A stretch of DNA of 64,000 nt, taken from Craspedostauros australis (Eukaryota). Location: the NCBI GenBank assembly GCA_030167865.1, contig JALAGF010004754.1, positions 62,001 through 126,000 on the forward strand, written 5' to 3'. Shown one piece after another: positions 1 through 11,900 of the stretch. Each line of letters opens with the position of its first letter. The stretch's first letter is position 1. The position numbers were made by a program, and so were the translations under genes. The notes under the pieces are model-generated. The model was not told the origin of the DNA. It saw nothing but the letters and a program-made list of their open reading frames with translations, and did not search any database.

Positions 1-14
1 CTTCCTACTTTCAG

Positions 15-2711
15 GATTCTGACGTGCTGCTGTACTCGGCCACGTCGCATGTGCCGTTTCCACTGCTGTTCAAGTTGGATCGATCGACAGGTTGTTGCGA
101 CGAAGTCTCCATGAGCTGGTTGTTGAATCCTTCCTCCTTCTTGCAGTCATCGTCACCGTCGGCAAACGCAATTGCAACGAAGACGGGGAAACGCGGCGCA
201 AAGAAAGGCCAGCCATCCGCCATGGAGCTGGTGTTCCGCACATTTGCACAGCGCCAACTGCGCAAACCTGGGTTCGGCGTGAGACTATTCGTCCAGGCAT
301 GCGTTCTGGCCGGCTGCGATTACGCAATCAACGAGCTCAGCGGCGTCGGGCTCGTCAATGCCTTCAAGGCCGTGCGCGACAATGCCCATCGCACGAACGA
401 AACGCGATTCCAAAAGGTGCTGGCCACCTTATCCAGAAGAGCCACGATGGGAATCGATCTCAAGGCCTACGAATCGCAGCTGTCCAAGAGCGAGGCAGTC
501 TTTTACTTCCACGTCGTGCGTGGTATGGGTGGCGGAACATGCACGTTTCTCGAACTGCCAGACCAAGACCGGAGCATTGTTGGTAGTAACGAACTGGATG
601 GGCGTGAAGCACCATGCGCACAGTACCCATGCCTGGAGAGATACGGCAGCGACGTTTCATTCTTCGGCACGCCACGGACTCCCAACGCCACAAAAAAGGT
701 CGTCGATGAGGGTCTTGGCGATGTAAACGACAGACAACGGATCCACACGCCCCCGGCAAAGCACGACCCACAGCCGGACGCGCTTGCTGGCAGCATGGGC
801 CCGCCATGTGTGCCCTCCGATCTTCGCCAAGCACTCGAGAAGTTCGCACGACCAAAGACGCACCCGTACACATCGCCGCTGACGGTATCAACATCTTCGT
901 CGACAGCGACACGGCCGTCATCAACGTCGTCAATATTCTCGTCGTACTCCGCATCGTCTTCGTTGTCGGTATCATCAGGGTCACGCCGGTCTACTCCAGA
1001 GATATCAGCGGTGCGATCTGCGCGACGCCACTCTTCAATATCTTCGTCTCCATCTTCATTTACGGGGGAGAAAACTATTTCACACACATCGTCATCTTTG
1101 ATCCGCAACCCATACAAGCAACTCAGTCATCAATCCGAAGAGCGGCAAGTACCGCAGCACGAAGGCCCGGGACAAACCCAAACCATGAACCCATTCTCGA
1201 AGTCACAGCGCGGCCAAACGCCTCAAAAGAAGGCTCGCAGCAGCACAAGCTCCTCGATTCAGAAGTTTTTCAGCCCTGCGAGTACCGAGACGAGTATCAG
1301 CACCAACGCTGAAACAGGTGCGAAGCGGCACTTCGGCACAACATCGGCGCTACGAAGCAGAAGAGACTCAAGACAATCATACACGACGAGGACGACGAAT
1401 GGAAGTCTCTTTTCACTCGTCCAACAGAGGTGCAACCCAGCGAGCTTGACGACTCCTGCATCGGATGAGAATAGGCGCAATGGTGAATGTTTCATCCCAT
1501 CCGTCACTCCGGAGAGTGATGACAATCCAGCCTCGTCGTCACTGTCGTTATCGTCATCATCCTCTTCTTCTTCATCTTTGATCCACGAAAGTTCAGAGAA
1601 ATCAGCAGCAGCTCTGTCGTCGGCGCCATCGTTATCGCCGATGGCAACGTTCGACTACGGACCAAACAACCATCAGCATGCTCTGCGTAGCATCATCAAT
1701 CTCAACGAGCCACCGACACCTCCAAGCCTCATCGACAAGGATCGGTCTCTTGGACAACGAGGGAGAAGTGAAGTTATCGATGTCATTGATGTTGATGCCG
1801 AGAACGACCCCGACGTTACCATGGCAATGAAGGGTAGTCAAGACCAGAGCCAAGCAACGATGATTTGCTCCGAATCGCAACAAGGGAGCTCCTCGCTGTT
1901 CTTCGACACGAACCAATCGGATTCTCGGATGTCTGTCGAAAGCATCTGCTCCAACTATTCGAACACGATCGATCTCACCCAATCATCGACTCCTGAGCAA
2001 TCCACCACTACGAGCAGGTTCTTCAACAAGGCCAGGAATACGACAGAAGTCTGCAAAGTGACATTGGACTGGTCAGGCCAAGCAACGGCAGGCAAGGGAA
2101 CCGCATCGGCGAAGTCACGCAGCCAATCGGGCGAGGACGTTGCCAGCACGGGCAGCGATGGAAACAGTCTATCTTCACCCGATCATTCAGATCACGAATC
2201 CTCAGACGATGACGATGGCTTCATCCACACGCCAGACTCGTCACCAGCGCGCAAGCCCCAGTCGGCGCACACAACTTTTCGAAGGCTCTACGAGCAGACC
2301 TCGAAGGTCTCGTCGCGACCGCTTGGGCAAAAACACAAAGCCATGGGCCCTCTCGCTTCGGCTTTCGAACGCCAGAAGACGCTGTTTCGGCGCAAAAGCG
2401 TCGGTACGGGGCTACCAAAGACTGCGGGATCGACTCGCCCCACCATCGGCGTGAAGCGCCGCAGGATGTTGATGCGATCAGCCACAGCCCCGGCATCCAT
2501 GACACCTGTGACCGCAGCAGCAGCCCAGTCGACGACTTCGACGCGAAAGAATGCAAAAACAAATGCAAATGAATCTTCGAGCGCGCTGTCAACCACCGCA
2601 TCATCATCATCATCATCATCTGCAAAGAGGTCCAAGTACTTCCAATCAACGAAGAAGACCCTTTTTGCGCAGCTGAAGGTTCACGTTCGCCATCCTGACG
2701 ACGACTTTTGA
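15..2711 (+). CDS. EXO1: Exonuclease 1-like (XPG/FEN1 family), final exon; 5' part lies outside the window
   Basis: Acceptor ttcag ends at 14, followed by in-frame DSDVLLY (XPG-I acidic motif). H3TH motif CVLAGCDY...GVGLVNAFK. Long Ser-rich disordered C-terminus typical of EXO1. Stop TGA 2709-2711. Confidence 0.8.
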   Translation, partial: DSDVLLYSATSHVPFPLLFKLDRSTGCCDEVSMSWLLNPSSFLQSSSPSANAIATKTGKRGAKKGQPSAMELVFRTFAQRQLRKPGFGVRLFVQACVLAGCDYAINELSGVGLVNAFKAVRDNAHRTNETRFQKVLATLSRRATMGIDLKAYESQLSKSEAVFYFHVVRGMGGGTCTFLELPDQDRSIVGSNELDGREAPCAQYPCLERYGSDVSFFGTPRTPNATKKVVDEGLGDVNDRQRIHTPPAKHDPQPDALAGSMGPPCVPSDLRQALEKFARPKTHPYTSPLTVSTSSSTATRPSSTSSIFSSYSASSSLSVSSGSRRSTPEISAVRSARRHSSISSSPSSFTGEKTISHTSSSLIRNPYKQLSHQSEERQVPQHEGPGQTQTMNPFSKSQRGQTPQKKARSSTSSSIQKFFSPASTETSISTNAETGAKRHFGTTSALRSRRDSRQSYTTRTTNGSLFSLVQQRCNPASLTTPASDENRRNGECFIPSVTPESDDNPASSSLSLSSSSSSSSSLIHESSEKSAAALSSAPSLSPMATFDYGPNNHQHALRSIINLNEPPTPPSLIDKDRSLGQRGRSEVIDVIDVDAENDPDVTMAMKGSQDQSQATMICSESQQGSSSLFFDTNQSDSRMSVESICSNYSNTIDLTQSSTPEQSTTTSRFFNKARNTTEVCKVTLDWSGQATAGKGTASAKSRSQSGEDVASTGSDGNSLSSPDHSDHESSDDDDGFIHTPDSSPARKPQSAHTTFRRLYEQTSKVSSRPLGQKHKAMGPLASAFERQKTLFRRKSVGTGLPKTAGSTRPTIGVKRRRMLMRSATAPASMTPVTAAAAQSTTSTRKNAKTNANESSSALSTTASSSSSSSAKRSKYFQSTKKTLFAQLKVHVRHPDDDF

Positions 2712-3592
2712 TTCGAGTATGGGTCCTATTATCATTCCTACCTATGTACGGGTAAATTCGGAGCGCGGGAGACTACGGGAGCAACGTAGGGAGTAGAACA
2801 ATACGAATAGAGCAGACTAGAGTAGAACAGAGTAGAGAGTGGAGCATAGTGCATCAGTAGGGTATCGGAAAGAGCGACGGCACACTCTTGTTTGGACAAA
2901 GGTAGATCACTGCGTGACGCGCCACCGCACTGCAATTGGAACATTCCCATGTCACGGGAACTTGGCACAAGCATGCAGAGAACATGGGATGATCCCAGGC
3001 AGTACCAGCACGGCTGCTCTGCCCTGCTGTACCCCGCACAACATCTATTGCCTGAAGCATGATCGAATCTAACAAAATAGGGTCGATATCCTCTCTCTCC
3101 CCCCAGCAGCGAAGTAAGGTTGCGAGTACGAGCATTACGTAGATTATGTTCACAAAGTCCAGCAAAGCCCCATCTGCTTTGCCGGCCGGCCTTGTGCGCG
3201 TGCACTTCCGTGTGTTTCTCTGGCCCTCATCTTCCCTTCTCCAGACGCCGCTGTCGCCCATGTCATTATCTCTTGATTTCCTTGTTGCTTTGTTTGCGTT
3301 TGTCGGCTTGCCAGCTCGCCTGCACATACACACACACACACTCTCTCTCTCCTCATTCGTTGGTGAGTTCAACGTCACGTCGGCCGTCCGCATTCAAGTG
3401 TGCATGCGTGCCGGCATGTAATCGTGGACAGATGAGCCCTATCATGTGTAGACTAGGACCATGTCCTCCTGCGAACCAAGCTGGCACTCTACTCCTGTGT
3501 CCAACCAATGGTTTGCACGCCATGCCATCGAGCATACTTCAACCCTGCTCGGGCTTGCGCTCGGAATGGGAGGGTCCTTTTTGCTCTACTGT

Positions 3593-5483
3593 TTAGAATA
3601 GAGATCGTCGTCTGTTGATGCGCCGACGGTTGATGCGGTCGTTGCCATCCTCCGTCTCCGTCAGGTCCGTTCTCGTTTGCAGCGTCTCCAGGAATTCGTG
3701 CGCCTCCTCGCCGGACATGACGATGCGGTCGACGACAGTGTTGAACGAGGAGCAGTTGCGGCACTGCACACCGAGGAAATGCCACGCACGTCCATCGTCC
3801 GACTTTGCGCAATCGATGCAGGTGATGTTCACAACGCGGGCCAGCTCGGGTGGCACGGCTTGGAACGCGACGCCGGCAGCCATGGCGTTCCAGGTTGGCA
3901 GCATGCGCTCTCTCGTCTCTGCCGTCTTCTTGCAGACCGGGCATCTCGAGTCGTGCGCGGCAAGCTGTCGGAAGCATTCCCAGTGGATGGCGTGCCCGCA
4001 TGGCATCTCGTGCGACGCGCTGCGTGAGCTGAAAAGAAACTCCTGGCAGACTGGGCAGTTGGATTTGTACTTTCCGCTTTTGCAGTTGTGGTTGGAGTAC
4101 AGGCTCTTGTCAATGCACATGCCGCAATCGTGACAGTGCTGAAATTTCTCGGCACCGCCCACGCGGCAGAAGCCGCAGTCCTTGCAATGGTATGGCTTTT
4201 CATCGTTCGACATCCAGAGGTTGCAAATGCTGCAATGGTATTCACCGAACTGGACGTTGCAATTAACGCAGTTGTTGCTGTTGAGATGTTTTAGTGTCGT
4301 GATGTGTTGTTTCAAGTGAAGCGAAATGGCGAAGCGAAATAGTGAAGAGAAGCGAATGGGAAGACAAGAACGCAATTGGAAAGGAGGAAATGTTGAGCCG
4401 ACCCACCGCGACGAGCATGATAATGAGGGGCATCAGAGGATGGTAGAGTATTCTTCATGCGGGTAAAAGTACATAGGGACACACGAGTAGAGCAGACGAA
4501 GCAAGGCAGAGCGGAGTCGCAAGCGCGGAGACAGGAAGCCAGAGCCTCGACGATCGCAAGGCGCAACACGGCATATTTTGCGTTGCCGAATCAAGCGATG
4601 CAATGGCATAGATGCAAAAGACAACGGTACGATGCATTAAGACTCACGTTTTGGAGGACTGCTTGGTGCAGCACTCGCGACAGATAACTTCCATAACGGC
4701 GAACCGGTCGATGCTGTGATGAGTTTCCTCTGCCGTTTGCATCGTGGTGAAGCTACCTGGCAGCGACGAACTTCTGGGGTACTTGCGTGAGGCTTTCATC
4801 ATGAGCAAGGGAGGAAGGACAGGGCTTTCGTCGTGACATATGCGGCAACCGAAGGCCGCGCCGCAGCATGGGGCCACCATGGTGCAATTGCGGTCGTAGT
4901 GGGCACAGCGCGGCCTTGTCTGTTCGGCGAGTTTGGTGGCTTCGTTGCAGATGGGGATGCACTGCTCGACGTATGCAGGGAAGAGGGCTGTTGTGGGACC
5001 GTAGCCGTTCTGCCCCATCGCCGAGGGATCCATCATCATGGCTCCGCTTGCATTGACAGCGTTGGCCGGCACGGGGACTCCGTTGATCATCATGACATTG
5101 GGCATGGCTTGGGTTGGGCCGCCTCCGTTGGCGTAGCCGTAGCCATACTGCGCAGCTGCGTGATCTAGGTCGAATTCTCCGCCTGTCGCGCCGTGGCTGC
5201 TGGAGCTGGACGTGACCGAATTGGTCCCCATGCTGCTGCGTCTGCCATCCATGAGGTGCTGGATGGATCGACGGCGTTCGGATGGCGTGATGCTGGTGTC
5301 TGCTAATATGGCCTTGATGCTGGCGCGCCTTTCCCTCTCCTGCTCTTCGGACATCGATCGCCGACGACTCAGCTGACCATCCGTCAATGTTCCCAAGGGC
5401 AGAGTTCCGTTGGTGCCGACTTGCTGCGGTTGCTGCGTCATCAGGTGGTCATCCTGCTGGTCCACATCCATGGAGTCTGCCAT
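3593..5483 (-). CDS. RCHY1: CHY/CTCHY/RING/zinc-ribbon E3 ubiquitin ligase (Pirh2/RCHY1-like); exons 5483-4648, 4277-3593
   Basis: CAHYDRNC...APCC...CRICHDE (CHY); YHCSICNLW...YHCKDCGFCRVG (CTCHY); CPVCQEFLF...CGHAIHWEC...CPVC (RING); CIDC...HFLG..CRNCSSFNT. The phase-2 gtgagt...cag intron joins the exons in frame. Confidence 0.92.
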
Positions 5484-7224
5484 CTTTGCCCTGTTTTCGT
5501 TGTATTTCGTTGTATTTCGTTTTTGCGTCGTTGTGTTGTTGTGCCGCAGTCGTTACTTGCGTATAGTATGCTGAGTGTGGTTTTGTTCCTGCGCTCTGGT
5601 GTCGTAATCGTACTTGTGCAGTTTCGGTTTTCTGTTTTGGTGTTGCCTGGATGTCTACAACAGTGTGACCGTGGCAGGGTGACAGGGCGGCAGGGGGCGG
5701 GCTTGTTTGTCTGGCTGTTTTCGTCTCCGAGAATTGGAGAAGGCGAAGGTGAACAGGGTGGTGGCTTGGACAATGTCTTGACCTTGACCTTGCGCTGGGC
5801 TGGGTTGTGTTGCGCTGGGTTGTGTTGTGCTGGGTTGTGTTGCGCTGAACCCTGTGGGAGCGTCGTCGATGTGGACACTTTACGTTATCTCCAATGGTGT
5901 TGGATTCTCACCTTGTCTTCGATGAATGTGAGCAGAGTTCAGTAGAGTAGAATGGTTTTTGTGGGTGCAGTCAGTGTGCAGAGCTGTCCTGGCAGGTTCT
6001 GAAGCGCGGTGCTCGTATGGTATGTGCGCTTTGTCTCGCGATTTCGATTTCTTTGTTGTTCCTGTTTGTCCTCTCAAGTGATGGAGTACAAGTATGGGTG
6101 TGGTGGCAGACCACCAAGTCGACAACGGAGAGCGCGGCAACGATGACTCCAATACCGCGTGAAGGAACGAAGAACCAACGGGCTACCTCTGCTCTGCTCT
6201 TCACAGTTGCGGTTGCGTATCGGTAGGAGCAGCTCTTGTGAACGGCGAACACAATGGTGCAACTGCCTTCTTTGTTGTGTCTGTGCCTGTGTCTCTTTTG
6301 CTTCGCTCTTGTCGCTTGTCTGTGTTTGGCAGTGGATGTGTCTGTGAGTGTGTGTGTGTGTGTGTGTGTGTGATCGAGTGTGTGAATGTTGGCAGACGTT
6401 GGTACGAGTACGACTACGAGTGCTGGTGTTGGCGTTCTCTCTCTCTCTCTCTCTTCGCGCGATGTCCTGGCTCCGTCTTTCGCGAATCTCTCTGTCTGGC
6501 TCTTTTTGGTGACAGCATCAGGCACAACCTCTCCCTCCTTGCCATCACAGCAGCAACCACAACTCCACCAACACAGGAGAGACGTGGCCGCTGGTGGCGC
6601 CTTTTCCTACGACGCGCCGCAGATGAATCTGCCGTTTCGCGTTCTCTCGGTCAGTACGAGACCCAGACATGAATTGCACACATCATCAGCGCAAAACCAC
6701 ACAACCACGTATCGTCACCGGCTGGCGCAACGAACGGTGCCTTCTCTTTCCTCTCCCTGTTACGTTTCGTTGCCATCTGCGTGTTCGTGGTGGTGGTCAT
6801 GGCGACCAGAAGTCATTTCGGTCTTCTCTCGTTTGGTCACAGGATACCAAATGGTACAAAATACACAGTATACTAATAATGTCCAAGAAAACCGAATTTA
6901 CGGATACTCATTCACAGCAGTATACCCAATTGCTGCGCCTTCGCGATTCAGCCAGATTGTATGTTTCGGTTTCACGTGGAACAAACGAACACATCCAAAT
7001 CGGCGCCACAAAGTTCAATCCGTTCTCTTCTTCACTTTTCTGCATCATCACACACGCGCACACACACAAAACACGCAGCCAACTGTATCCATGGCTCGTC
7101 CTTGTGCAAGCACGACGACAAGTATTGGTATCATTCGCCGCATTGGAATGTCGTCCATGCACAACGACGACAAGTTCATTCGAAACTATTCTATGTACCA
7201 CACCCAACCACACACCCCATCACG

Positions 7225-8607
7225 ATGAAATTCTCAATCTATGTCGCTGCGTTCGTCGCTCTTTCCCTTGCTTCCTGTGACGGTTTCCAATCCGTGACAA
7301 CAGCCAGCAGCGTGTCGTCCCTGCGGCATCAGGAACAGCAGCAGGCTGCTACCGTGACAAACAATGACGGCCTTTCCACCCACTCCCGTCGGATTCCATC
7401 GGCTCTGTTCGCCGGTGCCGACAGCAAGGGTGATGAAGATGACGACGACGAGGATGAATACGAAGCAGAAGCCGACATTGCCATTCAATGGGAGCTGTTC
7501 AAGAAGCATCACGCGAAGGGTTCCTGGAAAGGCGTTTGGACCACCTACAACTTCATCGGTGACATCATCGACGAGACGGTCGCCAGCGTCGATCTCAATC
7601 TGCAATCAAAGTTCGATGACATGGTCGTGGATCACGCGCACACAATCGTGGTGGGCGCCAAAAAGTCAGATTGCGAGACCTGCTTCGACTCCTTCGACAC
7701 CAAGACGTTGCCGGTGGCCAGATACACGCCGGAGACTCTGTCGCAGAGGAACCGGCTGGGTGCCAACGGCATGGTCATCGGTCCATCCATCTTGAAATCC
7801 GGCGCCATGGCCACCGAGCTCGTGCTGTCGTACGGGGATGGTCGCGTGCGTGTCACCTTCCAGCATGCGCCCGTGTGGGCGGCGGGAGTCGAACCAGGAT
7901 CATGCCCGCCGCAGGGATTGAAGTTATTCCGTGCCATGCTATCGCGTGAGGCGCTGCGTGAGTCGGCGCCGACCGCCGAAACCGAATCCAAGAATCCTCC
8001 GATCGAGGGAAATCCAATCTTCTCACGTCCCGTTCCACCATTCAACTATCACAAGAAGTGGGGCGGCAGCAGCTGGACCTGGGGCCCGCAGACTGGTAAC
8101 AAGGGCTGGGGCATCGAGGAACTCGAAGAGTCAGACTCGTGGCATGGTATCACACCCGCGGATAGCTGGAATTTACGGCTGCCAGGCGGAATTCACGTCC
8201 AGGCGCCAAAGGTGGTCAATGACGCTTCCACCGGACTGTGCCGCATGGCGTGGCTTCCCGATGATGAAACTTTGCTCCGAATCGAGGGTGGGGTGACTGC
8301 GCTGCAACCGCTGATGCTGGACGATGATCAGATGGTCGGCTTCGAGCCCCCGAGCCTGTCGAGCTACCGTTGCGATGTCATGAAGAAGATGGGAGAGCTC
8401 GAAAATATCTCTCGACCATCGCAGGACTTGAACAAGAGCGATTCTGCAACCAAGCCCAAGTCTGACGATACCGCCAGCAAAACCACAAGCAAGGGCGGCG
8501 ATGAAGAGAACTTTGATGCCACGAAACCGAACGGACTTGCCGAGGGTAGCCAGAAGCCTGATGAGGACTCTGGTTTGGAATCCATCCGAGATGCTCTCTC
8601 TCTGTAA
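7225..8607 (+). CDS. Probable plastid-targeted protein, DUF3598/BFA1-like beta-barrel
   Basis: ATG at 7225 starts a signal peptide MKFSIYVAAFVALSLASCDG|F, followed by a Ser/Thr-rich transit-like segment (diatom bipartite targeting). WELFKKHHAKGSWKGVWT and KKWGGSSW resemble the repeated GxWxG strands of DUF3598 (tentative). Confidence 0.65.
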   Translation: MKFSIYVAAFVALSLASCDGFQSVTTASSVSSLRHQEQQQAATVTNNDGLSTHSRRIPSALFAGADSKGDEDDDDEDEYEAEADIAIQWELFKKHHAKGSWKGVWTTYNFIGDIIDETVASVDLNLQSKFDDMVVDHAHTIVVGAKKSDCETCFDSFDTKTLPVARYTPETLSQRNRLGANGMVIGPSILKSGAMATELVLSYGDGRVRVTFQHAPVWAAGVEPGSCPPQGLKLFRAMLSREALRESAPTAETESKNPPIEGNPIFSRPVPPFNYHKKWGGSSWTWGPQTGNKGWGIEELEESDSWHGITPADSWNLRLPGGIHVQAPKVVNDASTGLCRMAWLPDDETLLRIEGGVTALQPLMLDDDQMVGFEPPSLSSYRCDVMKKMGELENISRPSQDLNKSDSATKPKSDDTASKTTSKGGDEENFDATKPNGLAEGSQKPDEDSGLESIRDALSL

Positions 8608-8939
8608 ACATTGTGCCAAACCCAAACTTCTCCATGTACCTCACTCTATTTTGCGAATAATACCAATAGGATGTGACATGAGTAGGAGCTCGTATGCTCT
8701 GTTAGTTGCAACCTATCAAAAGTTGTGGAGCATGGTATGATATAGAAGCGTCCTACTTTGATTGACGTAGTGTTACAAATCTCCTTGGGGAGCATGGCTT
8801 TGTCTTTCGTGGCATTGCCGGTTGCGTCCAGCACAACGCGACTCCGTCATGGGAGCCGATGAGGGAGTTTGGGCCGTTCACGGAATGAACTCATCCACCC
8901 TGCAGGAATGGAATCCTTTGGTACTATACACCCACGTCA

Positions 8940-11900
8940 TCATATGATGTCGGGTTCGTCGACGGGCATGTTTTCGTCATGCCCGTTGCCGCCAGTCTCG
9001 TCCATTCCTCTGGTGTTCATCTTCCTGGCTGCATTCTTTTCTGCAGCTTCCAGCTCGATATGGATCTGAGTTTGCGTTGGGAAGTACATGTTGGAGAAAA
9101 CCTTGCCTGCAACATCGAAAGCGATCGCTGCCACAGGAACGAAGATGATCAACATCCAGTTCACAGAGCGCATGCCCAGCACGTGTGAAGTCACACCGGC
9201 GAAGTTGAAGAAACTGCCAGGACCCTGCTGCTCGCTCACAATCTGTTGTTTGCGGAAGTTGAAGTGGTGAAAAGGTTGGTGTTCGAGTTATGAGAGGTAG
9301 AGTGGGATGAAAAGTGGGGTGAGAAAATTCGCAGATGGAACGCACAGCCAAGGAATGGCATCTTGCAGTGACAGCATGGTACGGTGGGCATCTTGACGCG
9401 AAGAAAGATGATTGCCCCTGTGTCCACGTGGTCGTTTCCCAGCACATCAGCACAACAGCACGACAACACATTATCACGCCAACGAACAACGCCTGCGTTT
9501 CCGCCAATCCGAAGTTGACGTACCTCGTAAGCCCAAATGAAGAAGAACCAAAAGAAAATGGAACCGAATGTCAGCCCATGCCAGGTGTAGGCAAGGCGGC
9601 TGAAGAAGCCCTCCTTGGCGTCCTTGCTGCAAGTGAATGCCGGCCAGTTGCCATTGATGATAGACTTTGACTCGTAGAGGACCTGTTTGGCAAGAGCGGA
9701 GAGAGAGGGAGAAAAAGAATTGAACGAAAGTGCGAACGAAAGTGAACGTGAGAAAGATGCAAGACCGCATTTTGCACTCCGGCAAATAAAAAACGGAACG
9801 ATCCACGACAGCGCCATTCTGTGGACGTACCTTGAGGGCAAGCAAAATAACGAGGCATGTGAATGTGATCGTGCCGACGCTCGTGAGATCCGCGCCTTCT
9901 GCCTCTCCAGGATGGTCGTCGTCGAGTTTGCTGGAAAGTCCGCGGAATGCAGACGATATTCCACCACCTTTTCCCAATGGCTGCACTGTGAAGTGGTACA
10001 AGGAAAAAATGTGCACGAAAGTCACGATCACCCATCGGAACATCACTCGGATGGTCATGAGCTCGTTCTTGCGGGATGGTTCGTAGACTTCGGGGTTGCG
10101 CTTCACGTAGTCCTTATCCAAGCATCTGTCGAATGCACCGAACACCATGATGGGCACCCCAGCCACGAAGTTGAGCATAGCGATGACCCAATCGTCGAAG
10201 AGGGCCGTGCCGCTGAAGACGGTCTCGCCGTTGAAAACGATAAGACATCCGGCCATGATGGCGTTCTTGTAGAAGGAGAACATGACGACATTGCTCAGGC
10301 GGAAGAAGTTCCACCGACCGTGGACCAGCACAAGGTCCTCGAGGAATCGGAACTGCGCGATAGCAAAGTCGGATGCGTTGACTGCCTGCTTTCCTTCCTT
10401 TCCAGAAATACCGATGCCGACGTGCGCTTCTTGGATCATGCCAACGTCGTTGGCACCATCGCCGATAGCCAACGTCACTGGTTCTGGGCTCACGTTGTGA
10501 CGCACCAATTTCACTAGCAGAGCCTTTTGCCGTGGGCTTACACGGCATGCGATGACGGCGTTGCACCCGCTGGCGATCGAAAACACGAGCTCCTCCAAAT
10601 CGGGATCGCCGAGCATGTGTTTCAGGGCGGCACCTTCGATGACGAGCGCCCGTGGTCCTTCACCAGACGACATGCCCTCCTCGGTGTGGGGGGCTGCCTG
10701 CTCGCTCGGCTCTTCGTCGATCGAGGCCAACACGGCCTGCCTCTTCTCCTTCTGCAGATGCCGAATCAGCTTGCCCTTTCGTCTGTCCTTGTCGACTGCG
10801 AACAGTCTCTCCATGAGCGTCCGGCGCTTCAGGTCAAAATCTGTATCGTCCGAATTGGTAGGCATGAAGCTGCTCAACGACAGCACATCTTCGTCGATCA
10901 GCGCCTCGTCCTTGTCCTCCAGCTGGTCTGCTGTGAGGTTGGCAATGGCCGCGTCGCGGTCCTGGGAGAAAGACATGCGGCCCTCCTTTCGGTTCTGCCC
11001 CAGCAGACTCCTTGCGGATTTGGCTCGCGTGAAGACTTTGGGGAGATCGTCAGATGACAGCGCCAACTCTCCGGAAGCGTCGGTGCCTTTGAACGAGGCG
11101 GGGCCTGTGGTTGCCTTGCGGCTTCGCTGGGCCTGCCCCTCGGGGGTTCCGAGGAAGTCGTCGATGATCTTCTCAGCGCGGTTGCGCACCTTCCGTCTCC
11201 TCTCAACGTCGATGAGCATGCGCTCGTCGATGGCCTCCTGGTCGTCCAACGTCATGATCTTGGTCTCCAAGGCCACGGTGCTGAACCCAAGCAGCCCGAC
11301 AATCATCTTCTCGACGGTGAGGAAGAATTTCCGGAACCCGCGGAGGACTTTTCGCAGCGCCTTTCCTACTTCATGCGAAATATGCTCCGACGTGCAGCCC
11401 CTGACATCTCTGTCCACTTCGGACCTTTGGTACACGGGAAGCTTGCCTGCCTTGACGAGCTTGATGAACTCCATGGCGCACTGCGCGCGGACGAAGTTGG
11501 CCCCCTTGTCTGCCACCTCCGTGACGCACATCTTTGGCGTCAGGACCTTTGTTGAGTATCCGATTTCGATGGCAGTCTCGCGCTTGTCGCCAGTCAGAAC
11601 CCAAAGTTTGATGCCTGCCTTCTCCAACGTCGAGATGGTCTTCGGGACTCCGACCTGCAGCTTGTCTTCAATGGCCGTTGCTCCGACGATGGTCAGGTTG
11701 CGTTCGATGGCAAATGCAGCTGCCTTCAGCTTTTCGTCGCGCTCCTTGATGGAGGTTGCCGCGGTTCTGTGCAGCTCTACCCACTCGGCGCACTCATCTT
11801 CTGTCAAGACTCTCATTGCCAGCACAAGGGTTCTGAGTCCCTCCGAGGCAAACTCTCCAAGATGGGATTGGAGACCGTAGATGTGCTCCATCTCCCACTC

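Noticed and set aside
2854-3393. Cys motif TWECSNC...LCP as a zinc-finger gene
   Set aside because: Too short, and it sits in a low-complexity intergenic region between convergent genes.
5500-7200. ORFs in the divergent intergenic region
   Set aside because: They derive from microsatellite-rich UTR/promoter sequence and have non-coding composition.
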